Shown one piece after another: positions 1 to 8,803 of a stretch of 64,000 nucleotides of DNA. Position numbers and translations under genes: made by a program. This DNA is from an uncultured Candidatus Bathyarchaeia archaeon. Its GTDB lineage: Archaea > Thermoproteota > Bathyarchaeia > 40CM-2-53-6. How positions within the stretch are numbered: position 1 is the stretch's first letter; every line of letters begins with the position of its first letter. The stretch spans positions 1,942 to 65,941 of the forward strand of contig CAZLHM010000007.1 in NCBI GenBank assembly GCA_964559555.1. The letters are read 5' to 3'. The notes under the pieces are model-generated. The model was not told where the DNA came from, ran no database searches, and saw only the letters and a list, made by a program, of their open reading frames with translations.

Positions 1-1445
1 CAGCCGAACCCCGTACGCTCTCTCTATAGATGACGATCGGAGTCGACGTGATGATCTCGAGCCCGGTCTTCGTTATCAGAGTGTTCGCGATCTCAAGGTG
101 AAGTGTTCCCATACCTGAGATAAGGTACTCGCCAGTCTCCTCGTTGATCGTGGTCACTAGATTCGGGTCTTCGATCGAAAGTCTCCTAAGCGTATCAACG
201 AGTCTCGGAAGGTCACGGCTGAACTTCGGCTCAACAGCCATTGTCACGACCGGCTCTGTGACATACTTCACCGCCTCAAAGGGGACGACATCTTTGCTTT
301 GAGAGAGCGTCTCACCAGCTCGCGCGGCATCCAGGCCCAGCAAGGCTGGAATGTTTCCAGCAGTCAGTGTGCCTACGATTTCTCGGTATGGTCCCATGAA
401 GATGCAAACCTGCTGTATTCTCTGATCTACGCGGGCTCCGAACAGATGGATCATGCTCCCTTCCTTGAGCGTACCGGAGAACAGTCGTCCCGACGCGACT
501 ACACCTGCCTGTGGATCCACGACGATGTTCGTCACCGCCATGACCGCTGGCCCGTTGTCGTCGCAGCTTATCATCCCCTGGCCGATCTCGCTGTTCAGAT
601 CTCCCTTCCAGATCTTCGGGATACGATACTTCTGTGCGACATGGGGCGGAGGCATCGCCTCAACGGCCATGTTCAGTATGGCTTCATGAAGCGGAGCTTT
701 CTCTCGGAGCTCGTCAACCTTCTCGTTCAGGTACGCGTCCACAACGTCTGAGAACTTGATGCCTTTCGTCTTGGCAACTTCAGCTGTGAATCCCCATCGA
801 TCTTTCGCGGAACCCATTGCTACGGTGTTGCCCGCGAAGCTGACACTCCACCTCTCACGATATTCAGGCTCAGCGTACAGGTTCACGAGGCGATTGAACT
901 CGGCAATGATGCGTGAGATTCTCTCTTGCACCTGTTCCGGGGAGAGCCGTAACTCCTTGATCAGCCTGTCGATCTTGTTGATGTAAAGAACTGGACGGAC
1001 CCTGTCTTCAAGAGCTTGCCTCGTCACCGTTTCAGTCTGAACCATTATCTCCTCAACCGAATCGACCACCACGACAGCGCCATCGATAGCTCGGATTGAC
1101 CGGGTTACTCGCCCAGAGAAATCAACGTGACCTGGGGTATCGATGAGATTGATCACGAATGGTTTCCCTTCGCGCTCGTGTAGGAGGCTGACGTTGGCGG
1201 CTTTGATCGTCATCTGGCGTTTCTGCTCTTCCTCCATGTAGTCAAGCGCTAGCGCTGTTCCTGCGACGGAGGGAGACAAGAGACCAGCAGCAGCTAGAAG
1301 GGAATCGCTCATCGTCGTCTTCCCGTGGTCGACGTGCGCGATGATCCCGATATATTCCGGGCTAGGCTGAGGCCTACGCCTTTCGGATCTGGTCCTTGTT
1401 CTCGATGATCTTCATGATCTCCGTTGTGGTCTTATACCGAGGCAT
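1..1445 (-). CDS. fusA: Translation elongation factor 2 (aEF-2), 5' part. The gene runs off the left edge and its reading frame is interrupted by a 28-nt intervening sequence at 1354..1381 (exon 1 = 1382..1445, exon 2 = <1..1353).
   Basis: My own minus-strand translation. Exon 1 gives MPRYKTTTEIMKIIENKDQIR. The downstream frame gives IGIIAHVDHGKTTMSDSLLAAAG, LIDTPGHVDFSGRV, YINKIDRL and later GMGTLHLEI, which are the G1/G3/G4 motifs and overall order of archaeal EF-2. A GGAG Shine-Dalgarno-like element lies about 8 nt upstream of the ATG at 1445. The ORF is absent from the supplied track because it is open at the window edge and split between frames. Confidence 0.9.
1354..1381 (-). other. Candidate bulge-helix-bulge (BHB) mini-intron inside the aEF-2 coding sequence (28 nt, RNA 5'-AGGCGUAGGCCUCAGCCUAGCCCGGAAU-3').
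   Basis: The central 4-bp helix is UCCG (1387..1384) paired with CGGA (1359..1356). It is flanked by 3-nt bulges AAA (1383..1381) and AUA (1355..1353). The intron-side helix is GGC (1380..1378) paired with GCC (1362..1360), followed by an AGGC-CUCA-GCCU hairpin (1375..1364). Cleavage after the second nucleotide of each bulge removes exactly 28 nt and restores ...QIRNIGIIAHVDHGKTT.... The unspliced frame stops at UAG 1376..1374. Confidence 0.6.
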
Positions 1446-1497
1446 TTCGTTCTCCTATCTTCGTTCGCGAAAGTGGGCTGCAGACCCTTTAGACGCC

Positions 1498-1504
1498 TTT
1501 TATA
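1498..1504. promoter_or_regulatory. TATA-box-like element (TTTTATA) in the divergent aEF-2/FEN1 spacer.
   Basis: This is the only A/T-rich TATA-like heptamer in the 150-nt spacer. It lies about 55 nt upstream of the EF-2 ATG and about 50-95 nt upstream of the candidate FEN1 starts. Confidence 0.3.
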
Positions 1505-1595
1505 CTTTTCCAGCTCCGATCGATTCCAGAGAAGACTTAGAACACACTACATGAATTCTCTGAGCGAATCACGGACGCATGCAAGGGTCAACGGT

Positions 1596-2633
1596 TTGGG
1601 CGTCAACGTTCGACCGATCATTGTTCGCCAAGAGATCAGACCCGAGACTCTGCGAGGAAGAGTGCTGGCTGTAGACGCAAACAACATGCTGTATCAGTTC
1701 CTGTCTCTGATCAGAACGCCGGATGGTGTCTCACTGAAGGATCGTGAGGGAAGGACAACCTCACATCTGGCTGGCCTGCTGTTCCGAACGACGAGGTTGA
1801 TGGTTGACTATGGTGTCGGGTTCGCGTTTGTCTTCGACGGTCCACCTCATCCCCTGAAGGCTAGGGTGCTCGCCGACAGGAGAAGCGCGCGAGAGAAGGC
1901 AATGACGGAGTGGGGCGAGGCGCTGAAGAGGCATGACTTCCAGACCGCTTGGTCGAAGGCCGTGGTCATGAGCAAGCTTGATCAGGCGATGATCTCCGAC
2001 GCGAAGCGTCTGCTCTCATGCATGGGCATGCCGTACGTCGAGGCCCCGGGTGAAGGGGAGGCGCAAGCTGCATACATGGCAGCTCAAGGCGATGTCTGGG
2101 CTGCAAACAGCCGAGACTATGATACACTTCTTTTCGGAAGTCCACGACTTGTACGATACCTCACAGTCTCGGGGAGGGAGTTTCTACCCAGCAAAGGAAC
2201 GTCCCGTCCCCTCATACCCGAACTGATAGAGCTGCCTTGCTTTCTCTCTCACCACAAGATCACACGAGAGCAATTCATTGATCTCGCAATACTCGTTGGA
2301 ACGGACTTCAACGAAGGCATCACAGGGATAGGTCCGAAGACTGCTCTCAAGCTAGTCCAGCAGTTCGGTTCACTCGAGAGTACTCCGGACAACATAAGGG
2401 AAAGGTTGCCGCAGGACTTTGAGGCCATACGCGGAATCTTTCTGCGACCGAACGTCAGACAGGACTACTCGATCGTGCAGCGACCCATGGATGAGCATTG
2501 TCTCTTCAGATTCCTATGTCAGGAGCGCGGATTCTCGCCAGAGAGAGTCCGGATCGCGGTGGAGAGACTGAGAGCCATCGCCAAGAGTAGACAGGAACTC
2601 GGCCTTGTACGTTGGCTGGGAGAGCACTCGTAG
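1596..2633 (+). CDS. fen: Flap endonuclease 1 (FEN1).
   Basis: The sequence carries XPG-N/XPG-I family features: GRVLAVDANNMLYQFL, FVFDGPPHPLK, APGEGEAQAAYM and VGTDFNEGITGIGPKTALKL (H3TH). Using TTG 1596 gives the canonical MGV... N-terminus. In-frame ATG 1551 and GTG 1473 are alternative, longer starts. Confidence 0.9.
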   Translation: MGVNVRPIIVRQEIRPETLRGRVLAVDANNMLYQFLSLIRTPDGVSLKDREGRTTSHLAGLLFRTTRLMVDYGVGFAFVFDGPPHPLKARVLADRRSAREKAMTEWGEALKRHDFQTAWSKAVVMSKLDQAMISDAKRLLSCMGMPYVEAPGEGEAQAAYMAAQGDVWAANSRDYDTLLFGSPRLVRYLTVSGREFLPSKGTSRPLIPELIELPCFLSHHKITREQFIDLAILVGTDFNEGITGIGPKTALKLVQQFGSLESTPDNIRERLPQDFEAIRGIFLRPNVRQDYSIVQRPMDEHCLFRFLCQERGFSPERVRIAVERLRAIAKSRQELGLVRWLGEHS

Positions 2634-2661
2634 GTTTTGGGGTCGGAGGTCGAGAATACGG

Positions 2662-4281
2662 TTGAGCGACACTGCCTCCGAGACTTCCTTTCGATCGTTT
2701 GCAGAACTCTGCAAGAGTCTTGAAGCAACAAGAAGTCGCAACGAGAAGGTCCGTCTGATCTCAGACTTCATCACGGCCTTGCAGCCTGCAGAACTCACGA
2801 TAGCTGTTCGCTTCCTCACGGGACGCGTTTTCAGCGAGCAAGAGATCAAGAAGTTGGGCGTGGGGGGCGCGACTCTGTGGAAACTCGCGAAGGCGAAGAC
2901 ACTACAGACCTCGCTACTTCCACAAGACGGAGGAATCGGCCTGACCGAGGTTGACAGGGCATTCCAGTTGCTAGCATCACTCAGTGGAAAGGATAGGCAA
3001 AAACGAGCCGAAAATCTGCTCCATGGACTGTTCTCGAGGTTCACCGACCTAGAGAAGAAATACGCATTCCGTCTGATCTCGGGTGAGATGGAACTCGGTG
3101 CAGTCGACGGAGTCCTACTAGCGGCCGTCGCAGGATCCTCAAAACTGGACCTAGACAGAGTCCGCAGGGCCTACATGATCATGGGTGATATTGGGAAGGT
3201 TGCGGAGCTTGCTCTCACGAATCCAGATGCAGTAAGATCAGCGAAGATCGTATTGTTCAGCCCTGTGAGGCCTATGCTTGCAGAGATGGCGGAAGGTATT
3301 GGACAGATCCTTGAATCGCATCCTCGCGGCACATCATTCGAATACAAATACGACGGTGCTCGCATACAGATACACAACAGCGGAGAGGAAGTCCGCATTT
3401 TCAGCAGAAGACTAACCGATGTCACAGAGAGTATCCCGGAAATCGTTGCGCTCGCCAAGGATCTGACAAGAAACCGGCAAACGCTCCTCGAGGGCGAGGT
3501 CATGGCGGTCGACAGCGATCGAAAGCCGCTGCCATTTCAAGATCTAATGCGCCGGTTCCGGCGAGTGCACGACATAGAAGGAGCCACGGAAACCGTTCCA
3601 CTGCAACTGCGTCTCTTCGACATCCTACTGCTCAACGATGAAGAACTGACCGAGAGGAGCTACAGCCAGCGACGAGAGATTCTCGAGCGAGAGGTTCCAT
3701 CAGAATTGCTCGCGCCACGAATGGTCACTGCAGACGAGTCAGAGGTCCAGCGGCTTTTCGACAAGGCTCTCGCAGAAGGACATGAGGGCTTGATGGCGAA
3801 AGCTTTGGACAGCAGATATGAAGTCGGCAAGAGGGGAAAGAAGTGGTTCAAGCTCAAGAAAGCCGAAACCCTAGACGTGGCAATCGTGGCTGCAGAGTGG
3901 GGATATGGTCGCAGAACGGGGTGGCTATCAAACTACCACCTCGCAGTCCGAGACGAAAGCACTGGCGAACATCTTGTCGTAGGCAAGACCTTCAAGGGTC
4001 TCACCGATGCTGAGTTTGCAGAAATGACAAAACGACTCAAAGAGTCCAAGGTGTCTGAAACGGACTACACAGTCAAGGTCAAGCCGACCATAGTTGTGGA
4101 GGTTGCATACGATGAGATCCAGCGGAGCCCTCACTACAAGTCAGGATTCGCTCTGAGATTTGCGAGAATCACGAGGATCAGAGATGACAAGACGGTTGAC
4201 GAAATAGACACTCTGCAGAGGCTCAGGGCACTCTACGATCACCAGTTTATCAGGAAAGGCAGGTTGAACAGCACCGTTTAG
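2662..4281 (+). CDS. lig: ATP-dependent DNA ligase.
   Basis: The adenylation motif EYKYDGARIQIH (KxDG) is present, along with SRRLTDVT, EGEVMAV, EGLMAK and KWFKLK. The length is typical for archaeal Lig. The start is uncertain: TTG 2662 gives MSDTASETSFRSFAELCKSLE, whereas ATG 2605 would overlap fen by 29 nt. Confidence 0.92.
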   Translation: MSDTASETSFRSFAELCKSLEATRSRNEKVRLISDFITALQPAELTIAVRFLTGRVFSEQEIKKLGVGGATLWKLAKAKTLQTSLLPQDGGIGLTEVDRAFQLLASLSGKDRQKRAENLLHGLFSRFTDLEKKYAFRLISGEMELGAVDGVLLAAVAGSSKLDLDRVRRAYMIMGDIGKVAELALTNPDAVRSAKIVLFSPVRPMLAEMAEGIGQILESHPRGTSFEYKYDGARIQIHNSGEEVRIFSRRLTDVTESIPEIVALAKDLTRNRQTLLEGEVMAVDSDRKPLPFQDLMRRFRRVHDIEGATETVPLQLRLFDILLLNDEELTERSYSQRREILEREVPSELLAPRMVTADESEVQRLFDKALAEGHEGLMAKALDSRYEVGKRGKKWFKLKKAETLDVAIVAAEWGYGRRTGWLSNYHLAVRDESTGEHLVVGKTFKGLTDAEFAEMTKRLKESKVSETDYTVKVKPTIVVEVAYDEIQRSPHYKSGFALRFARITRIRDDKTVDEIDTLQRLRALYDHQFIRKGRLNSTV

Positions 4282-4293
4282 CGGGTCGTCCCA

Positions 4294-4992
4294 ATGCGAG
4301 CTTGCGTACTCTTCAGTGGGGGCAAAGACAGCACATACGCTTTGTGGCTGGCATTGCATCAGGCGTACGACGTAGTCCGGCTCCTGACGGTCGTTCCCGA
4401 GAGGAGCGACTCCTGGATGTTCCATCACCCAGGGGTGGAGTGGGTTAGTCTTCACGCTGAGGCTTTGAAGATCCCACTGGCAACCACTAAGGCGTCAGGT
4501 GTCAAGGAACAAGAGTTGGGCGCGCTTCGAATCTCACTTTCGGAGCTCGTTGCTTCACATGGCATTGAGTGTGTCGTCACAGGTGCCATAGCGAGCGAGT
4601 ATCAGAGGTCCAGAATCGATCGCATCTGTGACGAAGTCGGCGTTCGATCCTTCGCCCCGTTGTGGGGAAGAGACCCTGAGGATTTGCTTCGGGAGGAGGT
4701 CGAGATGGGATTCGAGTTCATCATAACAGCATGTATGGCGATGGGTCTTGATTCAAGTTGGCTCGGGCGCATCATCGATCAGGCTGCGCTGGACGAACTG
4801 GGAGATATCGGCAAGAAGTACCGGATCAATCTCGCCTTTGAGGGAGGAGAGGCTGAGACCTTCGTGATCGACGGGCCAATCTTCGCGAAGAGGATTCGAA
4901 TCACTGACGCCCAACCGGTCTGGAAAGGAGAGTCAGGGTATCTCAACATCGCGCGAGCCTGTCTCGAAGAGAAGACGCTCAGGAACAACTAG
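4294..4992 (+). CDS. PP-loop ATP pyrophosphatase of the MJ0570 / diphthine-ammonia ligase (Dph6-like) family.
   Basis: The N-terminal CVLFSGGKDSTYAL is an SGGKDS PP-loop. The ~230-aa size and overall pattern match the archaeal MJ0570 family. Confidence 0.7.
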   Translation: MRACVLFSGGKDSTYALWLALHQAYDVVRLLTVVPERSDSWMFHHPGVEWVSLHAEALKIPLATTKASGVKEQELGALRISLSELVASHGIECVVTGAIASEYQRSRIDRICDEVGVRSFAPLWGRDPEDLLREEVEMGFEFIITACMAMGLDSSWLGRIIDQAALDELGDIGKKYRINLAFEGGEAETFVIDGPIFAKRIRITDAQPVWKGESGYLNIARACLEEKTLRNN

Positions 4993-6292
4993 CACGCCGG
5001 AGCAGATCCTCTGTTACTCTGCCGACGTTCTTCACGATCGAATTGGAATTCAGCGTGGTGAACTGTCGGCGTTCCATAAGGACGCGACCATTGACAATCG
5101 TGGTGTCGACATTTCCGGCGTTGGCGGAGTAGACCAGATCCGAGATGACCGTCTCGTTTCCATGGGTAGGCATGAGGTTCGGGGATCTAGTGTCAACGAG
5201 GAGCAAGTCAGCACACTTTCCTATCTCTATGCTTCCAACCTTGTCATCTAATCCCAAGACGTTGGCTCCCCCAATAGTTGCTAGGTCAAGCGCGGCTTGC
5301 GCGGGCAACGCCGTTGGATCGCTTCGTGAGTGTTTGTGCAGGAGTGCACAGAACTTCATCGTCTCGAACATGTTCAGGCTATTGTTGCTTGCAGCACCAT
5401 CTGTGCCAAGTCCCACCGACACGCCGCTTGCCATCATCTCAGGAACCGGAGCCACTCCGCCTACCGCGAGCTTCATGTTCGATACTGGACAGTGCGCGGC
5501 CTTTGTTCCGGACCGGCCCAACAATTTGATCTCATTGCTGCTCAACCAAACGCAATGCGCTCCGATGACGTTGGAGCCGAGAAATCCGATCTTGTTGAGG
5601 TACTCGGTAACCTTCAAGCCTCGCTTCTTCTCCATGTCCGCCTGTTCGACTTTTGTCTCTGCGATGTGGGTATGAACACACAAGTCGTCTCTGTCAGCTC
5701 GTTCCTTGGCCCACATCAGCGTTTCCTCCGAACACGAGTAGACCGCATGGGGCGCAATTGCTGGCCTGACTAGTGGATTTCTCAAACCCAGGAGGAAGTC
5801 TGCGACCTTGGATGCATTATCCCTCTGAAGCTTGATGTCCGGACTGGCATCTATTATCACGGAGGAGAGGACCGCTCTCAGGCCAGCTGTCTCTACCGCC
5901 CGAGCTTCTTGGTCGACGAAGAAGTACATGTCGTTGAAGGTCGTCGTTCCGGATGCGATCATCTCCATGCAGGCGAGCATCGTTCCCCAGTAGCAGGTTT
6001 CGCTTGTCATCTTCGGTTCAAGCTTCCAGATCTTGCCCGCAAGCCATTCTTGAAGTGGCATGTCATCAGCGTATCCTCTCAAGATCACCATCGGAGCATG
6101 CGTGTGCGTGTTCACCAACCCTGGGAGTAGGATCATGCCGTCGCCGTCAATGGTTCGTTCTGCATCACGAGTCACGTCCTTTCCTAGCTCAGTGATAAGT
6201 CCGTCTTCAACGTAGACGGAAGCATTCCTCAGCACCTTGCGTGTTGCGTCTTGTGTGACTATCCACGAGCAGTCTCGTATCAGGAGAGACAT
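4979..6292 (-). CDS. mtaD: Amidohydrolase, 5-methylthioadenosine/S-adenosylhomocysteine deaminase-like (MtaD family).
   Basis: Metal-binding motifs LPGLVNTHTHAPM, VHTHIAET, AHCVWL and LGTDGAASNN are present. I chose the start at ATG 6292 (MSLLIRDCSWIV...), because the track ORF extends to 6442 with a non-homologous leader. Confidence 0.8.
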   Translation of the reverse strand: MSLLIRDCSWIVTQDATRKVLRNASVYVEDGLITELGKDVTRDAERTIDGDGMILLPGLVNTHTHAPMVILRGYADDMPLQEWLAGKIWKLEPKMTSETCYWGTMLACMEMIASGTTTFNDMYFFVDQEARAVETAGLRAVLSSVIIDASPDIKLQRDNASKVADFLLGLRNPLVRPAIAPHAVYSCSEETLMWAKERADRDDLCVHTHIAETKVEQADMEKKRGLKVTEYLNKIGFLGSNVIGAHCVWLSSNEIKLLGRSGTKAAHCPVSNMKLAVGGVAPVPEMMASGVSVGLGTDGAASNNSLNMFETMKFCALLHKHSRSDPTALPAQAALDLATIGGANVLGLDDKVGSIEIGKCADLLLVDTRSPNLMPTHGNETVISDLVYSANAGNVDTTIVNGRVLMERRQFTTLNSNSIVKNVGRVTEDLLRRASCS

Positions 6293-6492
6293 CTTTGTCT
6301 GCGCCGCTGCAACGTTTTCGTGAATGGCAGAAAAGTCTTTCACCATTCGAGCACAGGACTGCTGGAACTCGGAAGTGAGACCTTGGACTCGCTGCATGAT
6401 GCCGGCAAGCCGGAAGTCGGCTTGTGAAGCTGACCAAGGCAAGCGTCTAGGACATGACTGAGCAGTTCGGCGATGTTTCTTCTCTACGAGGC

Positions 6493-7092
6493 TTACTCGA
6501 TTGTGGCGTGTCGCTTTCTCAGCTCGCTCTCGGTCAGGCCCAAACGTCGCATGAGTTCGACAACGATGCCGTCAAGGAATGTCATCAAGCTAATTTCGAA
6601 TACTGTCCCGAGTGGAGCCATGGGTTCATGCTCGCCCATCAGCTGGCGTAGGAAGTAGTCCTTCTCATCCGCGATCTTCGTTCGACCTCTGATGACGACA
6701 ACATGGTCAGCTAACTTCGCGAGGTCTGAGTCACGATACGAGGTTACAGCAATGATCCTCGCGCCAACAGCCTTACCGATCTCTGCCGCGGTGACCACGA
6801 GTTTGGTTGTACCGGATCCTGAGAGCGCAATAATGAGGTCTCCTTTCCCAATGGACGGTGTGATCGTCTCCCCAAGAACATAGACATAGAATCCGAGATG
6901 CATGAGTCGCATCGCGAAGGCTCGTCCGATCAAACCTGATCTCCCGGCACCGTGCACAAGAATTCTGCGATCGGTAGAGGCGAGCATCTCTGAGATCATC
7001 TTCTCGACTTGGTCCAGATCTACTCGGTTGAGAGACTCACGAACACTCTCGATTAGGTCTTGAGTCACATGTTGGTAGGTGGCCAGCCGCAA
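6493..7092 (-). CDS. hxlB: 6-phospho-3-hexuloisomerase (SIS domain, PHI).
   Basis: ILVHGAGRSGLIGRAFAMRLMHLGFYVYVLGETITPSIGKGDLIIALSGSGTT closely resembles archaeal PHI. Confidence 0.8.
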   Translation of the reverse strand: MRLATYQHVTQDLIESVRESLNRVDLDQVEKMISEMLASTDRRILVHGAGRSGLIGRAFAMRLMHLGFYVYVLGETITPSIGKGDLIIALSGSGTTKLVVTAAEIGKAVGARIIAVTSYRDSDLAKLADHVVVIRGRTKIADEKDYFLRQLMGEHEPMAPLGTVFEISLMTFLDGIVVELMRRLGLTESELRKRHATIE

Positions 7093-7195
7093 GTTGACCC
7101 CGATCTCAGGATAGTGTGCACAGACCGCTCTTTACTCTTGCCATTCGGATGTCGACCCCGAGTTGTCGCGAATGCAGTTGAATTGGCAACGTTGA

Positions 7196-7981
7196 TCAGA
7201 GCCACGGAAAAATCTTCGGCATCGTGATCGGAATACTAGGCGTGGGAAGCGGAATGAATAGGTACACGTAGACTGCCAAGGCGAGCATCAAGAGCGTGGC
7301 TACCCCGACAAGGTAGTCTGTTGACTTCATCCTGAGCACAATCAGGGGTTTCCGGTTCGGGCTTGCTCCGAACCCTCTGGATTCCAGCGCTTCGGCGAGT
7401 TCGATGCTTCTCCTGATCGCTGATACAATGAGCGGAATGAGGATGGGGATGTAGTTCCTTATCCTTTTCATGAAGTTGCCCTTGTCGAGTTCTAGCCCCC
7501 TAGATCGTTGTGCATCAATCACTGTCTGAGCGTCCAGGGCCATTGTCGGTACCAGCCTGACAGCCGTTGTGAACGTGAACGACAGAGTGTACGGAACGTG
7601 GGCTTGTTCAAGCGCGAGCCCCAAGTCATCCGGTGAGGTAGTCATGAAGAATAGTGAGAACGCTGACATCAGCGACAGGAACCTAAGCGTCATTGCTGCC
7701 GAAAAAACAATCGTGGAGCCGAAGACGAAGTTCATGACGAAGATGAGTGTGGCCAGAAGTAGCCCAGCCCTCATCGAGGAAGCCCACTTCCTCCATGTCT
7801 TTGCCGCATAGACGATGGGGAGCTGGATCAAGAAGATCACTATCAGCGCATAGATGTTCGAGAAGAGGAGAGCTGCGACAAATAATCCAATAGTCATGAT
7901 GAACTTGGCGCGAGGATCCATGTTGTGGATCGGCGTTGGGAGCTTGGCGAACTTGAACCCGTCAAAGACCTTCAGCGACAA
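7196..7981 (-). CDS. ecfT: ECF transporter transmembrane (T) component (EcfT/CbiQ).
   Basis: It is a polytopic membrane protein with the C-terminal ARSRGxE-type coupling motifs (AQRSRGLELD and ALESRGFG). It sits immediately downstream of two ECF-type ATPases. Confidence 0.85.
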   Translation of the reverse strand: MSLKVFDGFKFAKLPTPIHNMDPRAKFIMTIGLFVAALLFSNIYALIVIFLIQLPIVYAAKTWRKWASSMRAGLLLATLIFVMNFVFGSTIVFSAAMTLRFLSLMSAFSLFFMTTSPDDLGLALEQAHVPYTLSFTFTTAVRLVPTMALDAQTVIDAQRSRGLELDKGNFMKRIRNYIPILIPLIVSAIRRSIELAEALESRGFGASPNRKPLIVLRMKSTDYLVGVATLLMLALAVYVYLFIPLPTPSIPITMPKIFPWL

Positions 7982-8803
7982 CTACTTCCTCCTCCCCAGT
8001 GAGTGCAGAATCGCCTGCTGAGCCGAGTAGACATCAATTGCACTTTCTGGTAGTCCAAACTCTCTCAATTCATGCATCAGTGCGCCGATCTGAGGTCTCG
8101 TTAGGGAGGCTTTGTCTAGGAGCGGCTCGTCAGAAAGTAACTCCTCGGCCGGGCGGTCTCCGATGACTTTTCCTCTGGAGAGCAGGACGATGCGTGGCTT
8201 GCACTCCGCAACGAATTCGACGTCGTGGGTGATGATGATTACGGTCTTGCCTTGTGTGTTGAGTTGGACGATGAAGTTCCTAAGGCGGTCCTTCTGTTGG
8301 TAGTCCTGTCCGATGGTCGGTTCGTCGAGAATGATGTGTTTGGGATTCCAGACCAGCACAGCGGCGAGGGCTACTCTCTTTCTCTCTCCCCCGCTCAGTA
8401 TGAAAGGTGAGGATTCTGCGTACCGAGACAAGTCCAAGGTTTCCAAGATCGAGGTGACTCGTCGCTGAATGGTCTCTTCGTCGTAGCCAAAGTTCCTCAA
8501 AGAGAACGCGAGTTCTTCTTTGACGGTTTCCGAGAAGAGCTGATGGTCTGGGTTCTGAAAGACCAGCCCAACATCCCTCGAAAGCCTTGCAACGCTGGCT
8601 TCGCGCGTGTCTAAGCCATCGACCTTTACCTTCCCTACGGTCGGCATGAGGAGACCGTTGAAGGTCTTGACCAGCGTAGTCTTTCCAGCGCCGTTCTCCC
8701 CCATGATCGCAACGAATTCTCCATCGTTGATCGTGAGATCGATTCCGAGAAGAACCTCAGGCGAACTTGGATAGGCGAACCGGAGTTCCTCGGTTTCTAT
8801 CAT
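7982..8803 (-). CDS. ecfA2: ECF transporter ATPase component (EcfA2/CbiO).
   Basis: Walker A GENGAGKTT, signature LSGGERKRV and Walker B IILDEPT are present. Confidence 0.88.
   Translation of the reverse strand: MIETEELRFAYPSSPEVLLGIDLTINDGEFVAIMGENGAGKTTLVKTFNGLLMPTVGKVKVDGLDTREASVARLSRDVGLVFQNPDHQLFSETVKEELAFSLRNFGYDEETIQRRVTSILETLDLSRYAESSPFILSGGERKRVALAAVLVWNPKHIILDEPTIGQDYQQKDRLRNFIVQLNTQGKTVIIITHDVEFVAECKPRIVLLSRGKVIGDRPAEELLSDEPLLDKASLTRPQIGALMHELREFGLPESAIDVYSAQQAILHSLGRRK

Noticed and set aside
299-986. Plus-strand ORFs (299..751, 453..689, 756..986) in the first kilobase.
   Set aside because: They lie antisense to the strongly conserved aEF-2 coding sequence and have no recognisable motifs. 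They are typical shadow ORFs.
1354-1381. Alternative readings of the EF-2 frame break: a single-base assembly error, a programmed +1 frameshift or a pseudogene.
   Set aside because: These are not fully excluded, but I judged them less likely. A 1-nt shift anywhere before UAG 1376..1374 would insert about 9 residues (RRPQPSPEY) at a position where EF-2 orthologues have fixed spacing (IRN-IGI). The 28-nt excision, in contrast, restores the consensus exactly and coincides with a BHB fold. The rest of the gene shows no other defects.
2514-3044. 176-aa minus-strand ORF across the fen/lig junction.
   Set aside because: It is antisense to two well-supported genes, has Ser/Arg-rich low-information composition and matches no family.
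5145-5773. Several 83-176-aa plus-strand ORFs.
   Set aside because: All are antisense to the amidohydrolase gene, whose metal-binding motifs are intact. They are shadow ORFs.
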